Shown one piece after another: positions 14,043 through 26,019 of a DNA stretch of 64,000 nucleotides (its first letter is position 1; the number at the start of each line of letters is the position of its first letter). The notes below the pieces were generated by a model. It was not told the origin of the DNA and made no database searches. It worked only from the letters and a program-made list of their open reading frames with translations. The stretch comes from Callorhinchus milii. Taxonomy: Eukaryota. The position numbers and the translations under genes were made by a program. Location of the stretch: positions 55,616,001 through 55,680,000 of the forward strand of contig NW_024704743.1 in NCBI RefSeq assembly GCF_018977255.1, given 5' to 3'.

Positions 14043-14118
14043 AATGTTTATTTCAGTAGTGTTAACCATGGCTGACGAGTGACCCTTGTCAGACATGGTT
14101 AACACAATAATAAACATT
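14043..14118. repeat. Imperfect palindrome/hairpin
   Basis: gtgttaaccatggctgacgag (14059-14079) pairs with cttgtcagacatggttaacac (14085-14105) at 19/21 positions. Outer arms are aatgtttatt/aataaacatt. Confidence 0.9.
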
Positions 14119-14794
14119 GCTACCCACTCGTCATAGTTTTCAATTTCTTTTCACAGTGTGCTGTAGCTTCATGGTTTTGGGATCAGAATTCCCTTGTGAG
14201 GCCTGTGAATATATGCTACAGTATATGTAATGAAACATGAACATACAGTATACTTTAGAAACATGCATTGTGTGACGTGATGTTGCTTTTTAGAAGACTG
14301 TGCAGTGTTACAGGCAGTGCACTGAAAAATACATTATCATCAATTTGGGATTTAGATGACTCATTTACAGTCAGTTAAGGCAGTTTAATGCAAATTGTGC
14401 CTGAATCCAGAAGCAATTTGCCAGCAGATAAACACTGTTTCTCACAAACCACATATCCTCTCATTTAGAATTGTTTGAGGATAAAATTGTTTTGTTTGCA
14501 AACAGCAGAACCTCCTTATCTCTCCGAGTAGCTGCTCCTGAAGGAAACGTGGGCTGCTGTTATCAGTATTGCTGATAGTCTCTCATGATGTATATCTTTG
14601 TTTATTAATAAACCTTTGCTTTGAGGTGATACTGAGTCAGGCCACAGTCTAATGATGTACTAAGAATTCCTACCGAAAACATAGCACTACCTCAGCATTA
14701 TCTTTGAGTGTCAACCTTGACTATGAACTCAGAGTCCCGACACAGGGCTTGAACCTACAAACTTCTGACTCAGAGGTTGATCATGCTAACCTCC

Positions 14795-15117
14795 ATAATA
14801 ATAATAATAATAATCCTTGCATTTGATATAGCGCTTTTCACGTCGGGAGGACGTCCCAAAGCGCTTCACAGGATATACTGTAAAGTGAATTGACTGTATA
14901 TTTGTGGGAGAACGCGGCAGCCAATTGCGCACAGCAATGTCCCACAAACAGTCGTAGATTGAAAATGACCAATTTATTATTGTTTTTGGTTTTGGAGGGA
15001 TTATTATTAGGTGTGTGGAGTAAGGAAACTTGCCCAAGGTTTCGCCCTGTGCCTGGAATTGAACTCAGGTCTCTCACTTGCAAAGCGAGTGCTCTAACCA
15101 CTGAGCTACAGGACTTC
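14795..15117 (-). mobile_element. Young full-length tRNA-derived SINE
   Basis: Near-identical to 7800-8100; A/B boxes and (ATT)n tail present. Confidence 0.93.
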
Positions 15118-15119
15118 TT

Positions 15120-16110
15120 GACTGCATCGCCTCCCTCATCCACCTCAGTGGGACTGCATTATCCTGGTTTGAGCCCTACTTGACCCATCTATTATTGTAT
15201 CTCTGCACATAGTTTCTCCCACCCCCGTTGGCTCCACCTCTACTTTTCCTAATTTACATGCTCCTTCTTGGTGATGTCATGCACAGACATGAGGTCAACC
15301 CCCACAGGCCTGGATGAGTGGCAACTTTCTGCAGCTGAATGTTGGCAAGATGGAATACTTCTTCCATTTTTTCACCTTGCACCTGTCGGCATCTTTTCAC
15401 CTGCGGCTCCAACTTCCTTCACCTCCCCGACCTATTCATCAAACTCATTGAACCTGTACATAACCTAACCAATTGGTACGATCCCCAGTTTTCCTTCCTA
15501 CTCAACATAAGGTCCCTAACCACGACTGCTTTCCTCAACCTTTGCCACATTACCCGCCTGTGATCATACCTAACACCCAACTCAGCTGAAGTTATTCACA
15601 CTTCGTCACCTCCCAACTTGATTTTTCCAGCTCCACCAAACCTAAAATCCAATAAATTCAAAATCCTGCCACCTGTTTTCTCTACTAAAGTTTGCACCCC
15701 CATCACCCCAGTCCTTGCCAATCCATTGGCTCCCTATTGCAAAACAGGTCGATTTCAAGATCCTCACACATTCACATCCCAGCATCTCCCTACCTTTCCA
15801 AGCTGCCTATAACCCACTCCCCTAACCACCCTCTTCACTGAGCTGGCTCCGACCTCCTGCATGTCCCCTTCTGCTCCATCATTGGCGGCTATGCTTTCAG
15901 CTTCAGCCACTATGTCCTGAAACTCTGGAACTCTATGCCTCAACCACTCTGCCTTGCCCCCTCTTGGCTGTTTTCGGATCTCATTTAAAGACCTTATTCT
16001 TTTGTTGTGCCTATAGTCATCTATCCTCCCACTCTGGCTCACCATGAAGCGCCACCACTGCTAAGTACTCTAACACACTACTCCGCATGAAGGGCGATTA
16101 AAAAAAAATG
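15120..16110 (+). mobile_element. Degenerate L2 LINE 3' region
   Basis: ccattggctccctattg...gatttcaagatcctcac (HWLP..FKIL) and the tail gaagggcgat. Confidence 0.8.
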
Positions 16111-18074
16111 TAGGTAATTGTTGTACTGAGAAAGTGTTTTTTCCTTCTTTGTCTCTAAGTGTAAGTAGGTTTCAACTCTTTCACTGAGTATTATGCACCA
16201 TTTTGAACTACCAATAATTGCAATTTAGTTTAGAAATTATGGGCAAATACATTTCTGCTGTTGTATATTTTAATATCTTGTCTTGCAGCGAGTGCAAATT
16301 TCCTAATAGCATAGCATCTATTAGAATGGCATAGATCAATTTCAACAGTGACGTTGCTTGACCTTTCCCCAAGATGCTGGCAGTCAGTGGTGTGCTGAAT
16401 TTAAGTTACTGCCCTGACTCTACTGCTTTCAGTATGTTTATGCTCTTGGAATACTCGCAGTTAATCACAGGGTGAGAAGTTTAAGATAGCTCTGTGGTAA
16501 ACCATTCAAGCAAACTGGGTGAAGATTTCCTCCTGGTGTTAAATGTCCTAACATTGATGAAGTACGCTAACCCAAGGGCATTTCACTGCTCTTAGTCACA
16601 TAATGACATTCCTACTCATTGTTTCAGAGCTAGAACTGAGATAGTATTTATAGGTAAATGGCATAGAAAGGTGTTTCCACACTTCACAATCCGTATGAAC
16701 TCTGAAACTGGGAAAATTCAGCAGTAGAAATATGTATCCTCTTGAGTGGTATAAATATTAACAAAAAGTACTGAGTTTCCCTTGTCATTATGTAAATGTT
16801 TCTACTTGCCATTTTGTAATATTATTCAAAAAGATATTCCGGGAAAGACAGCTGAATTGACAGAAGGTTTGTTAGGGTAGAAGCAGTACGAAATGTATTG
16901 GTTATCATACTGTATAAGACATTTGAAGGCTTTATGGCTGATAGCCTTCAGTCACTCTTTCTCCCCTAGAAGAAACTCCCTTCTCTTTTTGAGGTTAACG
17001 TCTCATCTACATTTATAATTTATAGACACTTATTTGAAGTTATATTTAACAGAATGAGTTACTTTCACTTAGAGCATTGGAACCAAGATGCTTATTTTTT
17101 TTGAGATGGCTCAGTAGGTTACTTAATGGTGTTCTTTACATATTTTTTACATTTAGTGTAAAGGATTATTATTATTGTGTTTATTGATTCCCATTTACAT
17201 GCCAGAAATATTCTACCCTGTACTATATACAGCAGCTTTGATCATCCTTCCCTCCCCCACTTCCCCCACCCTCCTGAATCCAACCCCAGGCTCAAGTGCA
17301 ACATTTAACTGTTCAGCGCCTTGGGATGTCCTCACAACATGAAGGCCTCTATATAAATGCAATTTGTTGTCTGTTGTGGTGCATTTTATTTGCTAGGAGC
17401 AGTGCCTATTTGAGACTGGGGAGTTCAATGTGGATTAGAAGTAGATTGAGAAAATACCGGAAAGGTGCAGTGAAGTGAATTGTGGAGGGCACACACATTT
17501 TTTTGATTCTTGGACTAAGAGTTTATGAAATTGAGCATTGAATGTTTTGGGGTTTGTACAAGTGGGGGTGGGTCAGTTTTCCTGTTCACTGTTTCTAATG
17601 AAACCCCTGAACTATATTGTGCTTGGCTTATTGCTGCATAGGGACAACCTCATGATAGGTCAGCATGTTCTCAAGGAGCTTTTTGTTTCAGTTTGTGCTT
17701 TTAAAGGTTTGATGCTTATTGCCACTGATGTTTTTACTAGGTTGCTCACAACGAGCGCATAGAATTCATAGCATTGAAACAGCTTCAGAGAATATGGTTC
17801 ATAAATCGCAACACACTCTGCACTATATTATCTGCTTGTGTCCTTTGCCCTTTCTGTGGCACTTGGGATGGATAAATATGGGTATAGATAACTTTGGAGG
17901 CTCACTGTCAGTTTCTGTTATGCATCACATGATGGGAAATTGTAGAGCAAGACAGACAGGTATCTGTTTTTGGCACCGGGTTGACCAAATAGATATCACT
18001 GGAACTCAAATTTCAGGCAGCAATAATGTACAGTGATGCTACTGTATGGAGCTCATATAGGCTAGGCTAAAACT

Positions 18075-18230
18075 TCAAATGCAGTGCTGGGGGTGTACTG
18101 CAATGTTGGAGTTGCCATCCTTCAGATGAGATGTTAAACTGAGGTCTCATCTGCCCATTCAGGTGAACATTGAAGATCCCATGGTATGACTTGAAAAGAG
18201 AAGGGAGTGCCTCCCAGTGTTCTGGGAGGC
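18075..18230 (+). mobile_element. Deu-domain-type SINE core fragment
   Basis: tgcagtgctgggggtgtactgcaatgttggag...cagatgagatgttaaactgagg...aagatcccatgg. Confidence 0.75.
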
Positions 18231-18429
18231 ATTGGCAGGGGCAATGGGGTGGGGTGCTGTCAGGGGAAGTGGGTGAGGAGAGGGCAGTGTCAGCCCTGTT
18301 GGCTGCCCCGCATAAGCATCTACTCTGTCGCCTTCTCCACCTAAACCAGCCTCCTGTAATTAGAGGGAAGTTGCTGAAACGTTTGTTTTGTTATCCTGTT
18401 TATTTGTGCTGTTTGGAATGTGTAAATGA

Positions 18430-18860
18430 GAGTTTGTTGAATGACAAGACTCCTTAAGGCAAATTGCCTCATGTTCATGAGTCGCTGAAAAAGCAGCTAA
18501 TTCATTTCTTCAGGGCATTATAACCCAGCAATTCAGTAAACAAAAATCACTGTTTGCTTTTTAATCGGCCAGTTAGTACCCTGAATGAAAAGAGCAACGG
18601 TTGGAATGCGATTTCTAAGAGCCGCTTCAGTGAAATTCACCACTAATATTGCAATAGAATGGAGACACCGAGGACATAAATACGTATGAGCTCTACTCAC
18701 GAGCCACCTACAGCCTGCGAAAGTTTGAATGGTGGAAAAGAGCCGACAAGATCACCATCAGCTTTTTCTTTATTCATAGTAATTTAAAGAAGGTACAGTG
18801 AGCTCCTTTCCAAACTTTAATGGGCATTTATGAGTGGTCAGTATTTATGGAACTGTACTT
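18430..18860. promoter_or_regulatory. Candidate conserved non-coding element/enhancer
   Basis: No recognisable repeat, retained CpGs, clustered HOX-type TTTATG/CATAAA motifs and forkhead-like GTAAACA. Conservation is inferred only. Confidence 0.45.
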
Positions 18861-18944
18861 CAGAAAGAATTTGTATCCAGGAAAGAAGAGGAAAATACTC
18901 ATACAATGTCTAACACTGGTGTGTATGCATGCGTTTACTATTTA

Positions 18945-19350
18945 GACCAGACACTCAGGGTAGCGAGTCATCCCACTCACCTCCTGTTAATTCTGCAAGC
19001 CAAAGCCCTAACAAGGAGGGTCATCCTAGCTGGACAAGCAACGGGAAAGCTGGCCAGTCAGCAATATCAATGGCAAGCAATGTGGTTTAGCTGGTTAGAC
19101 TCCAGCAGTACCTCATTGCACAGTCTGGAGTCCCCAAGGTTGGCTCCTGCCAACCTGTGCCTAATACTTTCCAGAATTAGGTAAGCAGGATGTGTCCGTC
19201 TAGGGATAGAGTGTGCATTCCATTCCAACAATCCATCTCTGGGATTTCCATGTGTAGGTAGGATGCTTGGAAATCTCAGCTTGGTTTGGATACTCTTAAG
19301 CATGGTGATGGATTTCTGCATGTGTCAGATACCGGCTGCCCAGAAAAAAA
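18945..19350 (+). repeat. Family X, best-preserved 3' portion
   Basis: Contains all central blocks and ends gataccggctgcccagaaaaaaa. Confidence 0.85.
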
Positions 19351-19747
19351 CTATTTAGAACCACAGAAATTTACAGCACAGAAAAAAGCCACTCAGGCCA
19401 TCACGTCTGTTGGCTCTGAAAGAGCATTCCCATTTGCCTGCCTTTACCCCTGTAAATTATTCCTCTACATATCTCTAAATACTGGCTGGCTGATCTGCTA
19501 TCGGTAGTCTCTTGGAGTAGTTCTTGACCTGCTTGTCTTAGGAATTGGATGACCAAATCTGCCGCAGAAAGTTGACTTGATTCCGACATTCTGTTGCCCA
19601 GCTTGAAGCCAGCTCAGCTCCAAGAAGATTCTTTCCCTCCCTCCCTCCCTCCCTCCCTCCGTATTATTATCATAAGCTGCCAGTTTTCACTTTTTGGCAT
19701 TATCTAGAGTCTTCTGTTTTTACAATTGTTTCTATCTTTATAAATAG

Positions 19748-19837
19748 GTGGATATGATGCAATGGTCAGTGAGTAAAGGGGGCCACTGTCTTCAGAGCAT
19801 GGCCTCGGGTCTGCACTACAACTTTGTTTATGTGAAC
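19748..19837 (+). CDS. CRPPA: CRPPA coding exon (exon 7 equivalent), 90 nt, phase 0-0: VDMMQWSVSKGGHCLQSMASGLHYNFVYVN
   Basis: Acceptor tttctatctttataaatag; donor AAC|gtgagt. Ends YNFVYVN versus recalled human YNFVCVN. Confidence 0.9.
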
Positions 19838-20566
19838 GTGAGTATGATGTCTGTTTCTGAACAATAAAATATTCATTTATACCTCACTGAAAGGGTCTAG
19901 AATGAGAAGTGGCAGCACAGAAGAAGGCCATTTGGTCCTTCAAGCCTATATTTGGGGCTACCACTTCCACTGGAACTGTCTACTCTAATCCCAGATTCCC
20001 TCCAGCTCATTCACTCCTTTAATGTTGCACTACTTTCATCAGACATTTTATAATCTCCTTGTAGACTGAGGAAAGTAGTGCACAAAGCATTGCTTTCATA
20101 TATGCCAAGATATCAGGACAAGAGGGCACAGGGTTATGAAGAGCAATTTTATGAGGCTTTAGGACAGACACCAGGGGGTATTTCTTTACACAGAGGATAA
20201 TCAGCTGCCACTAAACCAAAGACTGCAGGTTTGATTTTCTTCTACAATTGAAGAGCTAAAACTGGTAGTTTCTTTAATTTTTGTAACTGACTCAACAAGC
20301 TGTGGAAATAATTTCTCCTTGTTGATGTTATCAAAACACCTCTATCGGGTTTCCTCTCAACCTTCACTGTTGTAGGAAAAACAGCGCCAGTTTCTCTACT
20401 CTTTCTTCATAAATAAAACCTCATCCCTGGGAACATCCTAATAATCCCTAGTGTTTTGCTGTAGAATTGTCAGACAATAAAACATAAATTTATAATTTAG
20501 AATCATAATTATAGGTTTTAGATGTACTTCTGTTTCCTTCAGTGTATTGTTCTTTGTCTTAAACAG

Positions 20567-20662
20567 GTCAACAACTTTGACATACCTCAAGACGTTACAC
20601 AGCTGCTGGAGGCAATTGAAAATGTTAATCTTTCAGCTTCATATCCTGTGGTTGTGACTGTG
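20567..20662 (+). CDS. CRPPA: CRPPA coding exon (exon 8 equivalent), 96 nt, phase 0-0: VNNFDIPQDVTQLLEAIENVNLSASYPVVVTV
   Basis: Acceptor ttctttgtcttaaacag; donor GTG|gtaggt. YPVVV motif as in recalled human LYPVVVVS. Confidence 0.92.
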
Positions 20663-21094
20663 GTAGGTACAGAATAGTTTGCTCCATGTGTAGTGCACTG
20701 CAGTCCCTGTGGAAACTTGCCTGATTTATTTACTTTTAAGTTGTTCAAGTCACTGTTTAAGCACTTAAAAATAACTATCACTGGAGGGGTGGGTGGAGGA
20801 AGATAGAGACATGTCACTTTTTTAACCAATTGGAGTCTAAACATGATTATTTAAAAAACGAATACAGGAAGCATGCAAACATTTTATGGTACTGTTAGGC
20901 TGCACTTTTGGTAGCAAAGAGCTGTTATTTTGACTGTGATTTGCTATTGAATGCACAGTATGAAAGGGAGGGGGGCTGAGGCAATTAACATTGATAACCC
21001 GACCTCACAGAGTAGAAACTCCTGAGCTTCAAGCAGATTAAGCACAACATAATTATAATTCAACTTGTATATTGAAAGCGCGTGATGGCACTAG

Positions 21095-21380
21095 AAAATC
21101 CAATTGATTTACTACTCAAAACACCCTTCTCACCGGTCTCCTCTGCTCCACTATTCACAAAATTCCACTAATTCAAAACTCCGCTGCCCACATTCTCACC
21201 CGCACGAAACTCCATACCTCCATTACCCCAGTCCTCGTTCAACTCCATTGGCTCCGTATGACAAACGGATCGATTTCAAGCTCCTCACGCTTGTATTTCA
21301 ATCCCTTCATGGCCTGGCAACCCCCTATCTCTCCAACCTGCTCTGTCCCTACACTACTACCCGCTGCCTCCTCTCAACTT
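21095..21380 (+). mobile_element. L2 LINE fragment
   Basis: ctccattggctcc...cggatcgatttcaagctcctcac (HWL..RIDFKLL). Confidence 0.85.
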
Positions 21381-22879
21381 TTTTTATGTCGCTGCTCATT
21401 TATTTCATATTGAATTATTACTTGCTATTAAGTTTTAAAAAAATGGTAACATAATACTTGTTCGGCTGGGATCAACCTACTTTGTAGTGCTAGCAGGACA
21501 TACCTATAGTTCCAAGTCTGTCTTGGATTACTGCAGACCTACTTCTTATTGTCTAACACATCTCCTCTGAAACCCTTTAGCTGAGTTGGGGAGAGTGATT
21601 CACTTGTGGTAAAGTCAGTGTCTTTAGTTATTGACTTGCATCATTTCATTTATCAATGATAGGTTAACACATGATGGGTTGCAAATTTTCACCATCATTA
21701 TCAAAAAACACTGAAATGTTTCCTTCTTGCTGTAAACATGAATGACTGACATCATGGTGGCTGACAACTGAGCAGGTTTGAGAGCTGACTCCTTGGAACT
21801 GCGTTTAACAATCTTTACACTTGCTATTTATTGGACAACCAACAAGCATTGTAAGTCTTCCTAAAGTGAGTGGAAGCGCACTCCTATCACAAACATGTAA
21901 CTGCTACAAAGAGGTGAAGAAATTAAAAGTGAAGAAAATTTGGTATGTACTGTAAAGAGATGGTCCACATTCCACAGACTGTTAAAGCGAGACTGTGATT
22001 GAAAGCATTCATTTAAGGGGAAAATGGATGTGTAACCCTCCTTTGAAAATAAAAGTGAAAGAGAAAAATTAATAACTGCGCCATGTAGTTTTGACAAACT
22101 AGCCTGGGGATTATCACATCTGGAGAAATATGAGAGGCTATTTTATATTTAAAACTGGCAGTGGTTTAAAATAATGGCAAAAATGTATGGATTCTTGTGA
22201 TCTCCAGGTGTGTGGGGGAGGGGATTTGACATGGGCTTCTCTAATCATTGTTAGGGCACCTCCTGCTCGTGCAAGGTTTCCCAGTCTCTCAGACGTTGCT
22301 CTTGGCCTCTACTCTGAAACGTCAATCTGTCAACCTCTCTATGGTTAGGTTGTGGCGACTATTACAAACTGTGAAACTTTTCTACAGTTTGTGGTTAGCA
22401 TATTTTAGAGCACCTCCAGCGTGATGAGAGCATCAAACCCTTTGCTTCAGCATGTCAAATGCATATTTAGTGGTATTCTCTTGTGCTGCCATATGTGCTT
22501 CAATTGTTACATTTGCTAATGACAAGCCACCCTAATGGATGTGCAGAAAATGCCCTGAGAAAAAATGTTGAGGACAAAATTCTTCATTGTGGTTGAAAAA
22601 GTGCCTGTTGGGAAAAGTAACAGCATAAATGTTGCCTCGATGTTGGAAACTGTCTTCCGATATAAAGTGCAGCTCCACTTCGTCTCCAGAGAACTCGGCC
22701 TCCAAGAAAATATGTTCAGAGACGCTCTTCTTTCTCTTCATCCTCTCCTCCCTTTGTCTAATTATATTGAAAAATGTGTGCACAATGATTGAAAAATGTA
22801 GGCAATACATGAAGGCAGTGGTTAGGGAACACCTGATTTTGGGTTTTATATGCCTTTAGGTTATAGGAGGGAGAGAGAT

Positions 22880-23050
22880 TGAAGAATGCCAGAATCAATT
22901 CAACCCTCTGTGGTGGTCTTGGTAGTCTGGTTCCTGAGCTAGGCAGGTCCACAGTACTCCAAGGCATAGCCTAGCCAGCCTGGCTCGTCGGTAGGACTTA
23001 GAAGGGAAGGCCAGTCACTGGGTGCAGGGATTCTTCCCATTCAGTTCCCA
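22880..23050 (+). repeat. Family X, 5' portion
   Basis: gaatgccagaatc...ggttcctgagctaggcaggtccacagtactcca...ccagtcact matches 9176-9360. Confidence 0.75.
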
Positions 23051-23530
23051 CTAAGCATTTAACCTCTCAGATATAGTGAAAACATTTAGTGTCTGAGTAT
23101 TTAACAGTGCGTTCGGTATGAATGAATACAGTACAAGATGATTAAAGTTGTTTAATAAGAACAATGACTTTCTTGTTCATTTGATTTAAATCTGCCCTGG
23201 AATAATTGCCTAAACTGTTTGTTACTGATAATGTGTGGTATTCCATGAGCTTGTTTAAAGCTAATGTAGAGACTACAGAGCAGCGCTGCTGCCAGTGCTA
23301 ACAAACAGTAATCAGTGGTAAATTAGTGGTAACATATGCTGTACACCGGATGATCAACGAGAGACCATAGTGGCATATGGCATTGCAATACCTCAGTGTG
23401 CAATGGATGTGTAAGTATTTATTATATAAACGAGAATCCTACTAATTTAAACATTTTTGAATCATTGCCAGGTAACCTTGTTTTTCCTCTTTATAAGGTA
23501 ACTTAACCAAATAATTATTTTTGTTTATAG

Positions 23531-23660
23531 GGGTGCACCATGAAAACATGTATTTGGGCAGTCATTGTAGATTTGGTAGCAAGATGCTTATGGAACATTG
23601 GGAACAATGCAGGTTTAAGGATTATTTGCTCTTGATACTCAAGAGTTTGGTTGGTATCAG
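23531..23660 (+). other. Candidate cryptic/poison cassette exon (130 nt) in CRPPA intron 8
   Basis: Acceptor ttatttttgtttatag and strong donor CAG|gtgaga. In the CRPPA frame it reaches TGA at 23633-23635. Confidence 0.4.
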
Positions 23661-24409
23661 GTGAGAAACACACAATGCCTTGTCTACTTTAACAATGTTC
23701 CAATAGAAAGTTATAGCTCTTAGTAAAGAAGTTTCTGAACCACCTTTATATTTTCATACAGAAGCCTAGTTGATGTATCATTGAATCATAGAATGAAAGT
23801 TTACGTCACAGAAGGAGGGCATTCGGCAGCTCAGGTCCATTTGAACAGGTCGATGGGACCTTGCGTTAAGGTCTCATCTAACAACAACAACAAAATTACA
23901 TGTGTAAAGTGTCTTTCACGTCGGGAGGACGTCTCAAAGGGACAGGAATCCAAAAAATGCAGTGCTTCCCCAAGACTGAATTCAATGTCCTGACACAGGG
24001 CTTGAACCCACAGCCTTGTGACTGAGAGGTGAGTGTGCTACTAGCTGAACCAGGCTGATACATGCTGATTTAGTGGTGGAAGGATCAGAGGTTTCATCCA
24101 AACCTCTCTTGTGATATGCATCGTCTCGCTGCCGTTATTGAGAGTAGGGCTAACCTGCTGGCTTTTTAATATTAATAAAAAAAAGCTTCCAATTTCAAAA
24201 TTTAGTGTAGGTTTGTTGCTAAGTTGAGTGAGAAGCATATATCAGGCGGTGGGGGGGAGGGGGAGAAGGGTGATACTCGAGTGAAATTCTCTGCTGGTGT
24301 CTTGTAAGCAGCCTAGTAATAGCGTGGTGGTTGGTTGTAGTATTTTTGCTGTCCTGCTTCATTGTTCAGAAGATTTGTTGGCTGCCTGGACATGACCAGA
24401 ATGTGTGTG

Positions 24410-24525
24410 TTTCGCTCACAAAATATACAGTCAATCCACTTTACAGCACACCCTGTGAAGCGCTTTGAAACGTCTTCTCGACGTGTTAAATTGCTATATC
24501 AAATGCAAGGATTATTATTATTATT
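24410..24525 (+). mobile_element. 5'-truncated young SINE
   Basis: cagtcaatccactttacag...gtgaagcgctttgaaacgtc...atatcaaatgcaaggattattatt. Confidence 0.88.
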
Positions 24526-25009
24526 GTTAGGGATGAGTCTTTCTATTTACCCTCCAGCAGTCATCATTCTGGGAGAGCTGGAATGTAACATTTGATTTTG
24601 CAGAAAAAAATGTCTTTAGAGATGGCTTTAAGCCAATCCGAGACCAATTTTCTTAGATGTGGCTCAAATCTGCACAACAGATATACCGAGGAGGTAGAGG
24701 AAAATGGGTAAATAAAGGGTTTAAAATTCTTAAACAAAAACAGTACCAGTTTTAGTGTGATATACAGAAATAAAGTACAATTAATGTTAAAATAAAAACA
24801 AAAGCAGGAGAAAATACGGTTTGAAAGAAATTATAGCAAGAAAAGGAGACGCTGGAGAAGAAGTAAAGTGCTTAATACTGTAGCGTTTATTATTTGAGAG
24901 CTTTAAATATTTATTTACCTAGAGTTAAAATTGTGTTAATAGAACTTAATATTACAGTAATTAATTGCTCTGAACATTGGAATAGCCAGATGAAGTGCTC
25001 ATCAAAAAA

Positions 25010-25010
25010 N
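25010..25010. other. Single ambiguous base N (possible contig join)
   Basis: atcaaaaaan. Confidence 0.95.
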
Positions 25011-25339
25011 TGGTTGGTTTAGAAAGCCTGGGTTCCGTGGAGCTACTGATGTCAGTTATTATGCTGTTTCCTTTGCCCAAACCTTGCTGGAACCTCTCTC
25101 ATCACATCAGCAGCTGAAGTACAGAGCCATGCAATTCAAATTGTGTCCACTCTCCGTGATCCATTAAAGCTCTTGGGTGGTCCTTTTGATGCGTGAGAGA
25201 TTTCCTGGATCATATTCTAATGATTTTAAAGGGTTAGACATCTCACTGGTGCTTTAACATCAATAAAAAAGGGCTCACAATTTCTGTTCTCCACAATTTG
25301 ATGTATGGATTGGGTGTAGCAAGGAGTGAGAAGCATATA

Positions 25340-25640
25340 TCAACAACAACTTGCATTTATATGACGCCCCTCACGCAGGGTAGCATCCCAGAGCACTTGA
25401 CAGTGGCGGAGCATGATGCCAAGGCTGGGGGAGGTGGAGGTGACAGTAGGCACGGTTGAAGAGGAAGGTCTTCAGGCATGACCTGAGGATGGAGAAGGAC
25501 GGGGCAAGGCGGAGGGATAACAGAAGAGTGTTCCAGAGTTTCGGGGCGTATTGGCTGAAAGTGTGGCCACCGATGGTGGAACGGAGGGCAAGAGGACCAA
25601 GCAGGAGGATGAAGCCAGTCCAGTGGAGGCAGTGGGTTAG
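25340..25640 (-). mobile_element. L2 LINE 3' end
   Basis: caacaacaacttgcatttatat tail and a purine-rich body like the other L2 copies. Confidence 0.85.
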
Positions 25641-26019
25641 GTCTTCCCATTTCTAATAATTTCTCATCATTTCTCGTCATTGACTATTAGCAGCAAAGTC
25701 AAATGAGTTTTAAAATTGGATGATTTGGTGCTATATCTTCCTGAATATTGCCATCTTTCTCTGTCTTTGACAGGAATCTTCTGGTTCTCTGAGCTTTGCT
25801 TGTCACCTGCAGAACATTTCTTATTGTGGGTGACTTTGTATCTTGCCTCATGTTCCAGATCATTTAGTCTCTTTCTGCAGTCTTCTGTTTTTCTCTGAGC
25901 TTTACTCTTTACTCATGTGTAGACAGCGGTGAACTTAATAGAAGAGGACAGTTTGTAAAGAGACTGTGCTTCTTGATGTCAGAGCTACTGCTTGAAGCTT
26001 TATACAGTGGTTTTTGGTA

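Noticed and set aside
22280..22345. Penelope-type hammerhead ribozyme (ctgaaacgtc)
   Set aside because: There is no CUGANGA core with the required stems.
23633..23635. TGA read as selenocysteine
   Set aside because: Readthrough enters exon 9 out of frame and hits TAA; there is no SECIS evidence.
23533..23660. Fully open third frame (VHHENMYLGSHCRF...) as a true coding exon
   Set aside because: Its phases do not fit exons 8 and 9 (it needs the weaker TAG|gtacag donor and then stops early in exon 9), and CRPPA has no such segment.
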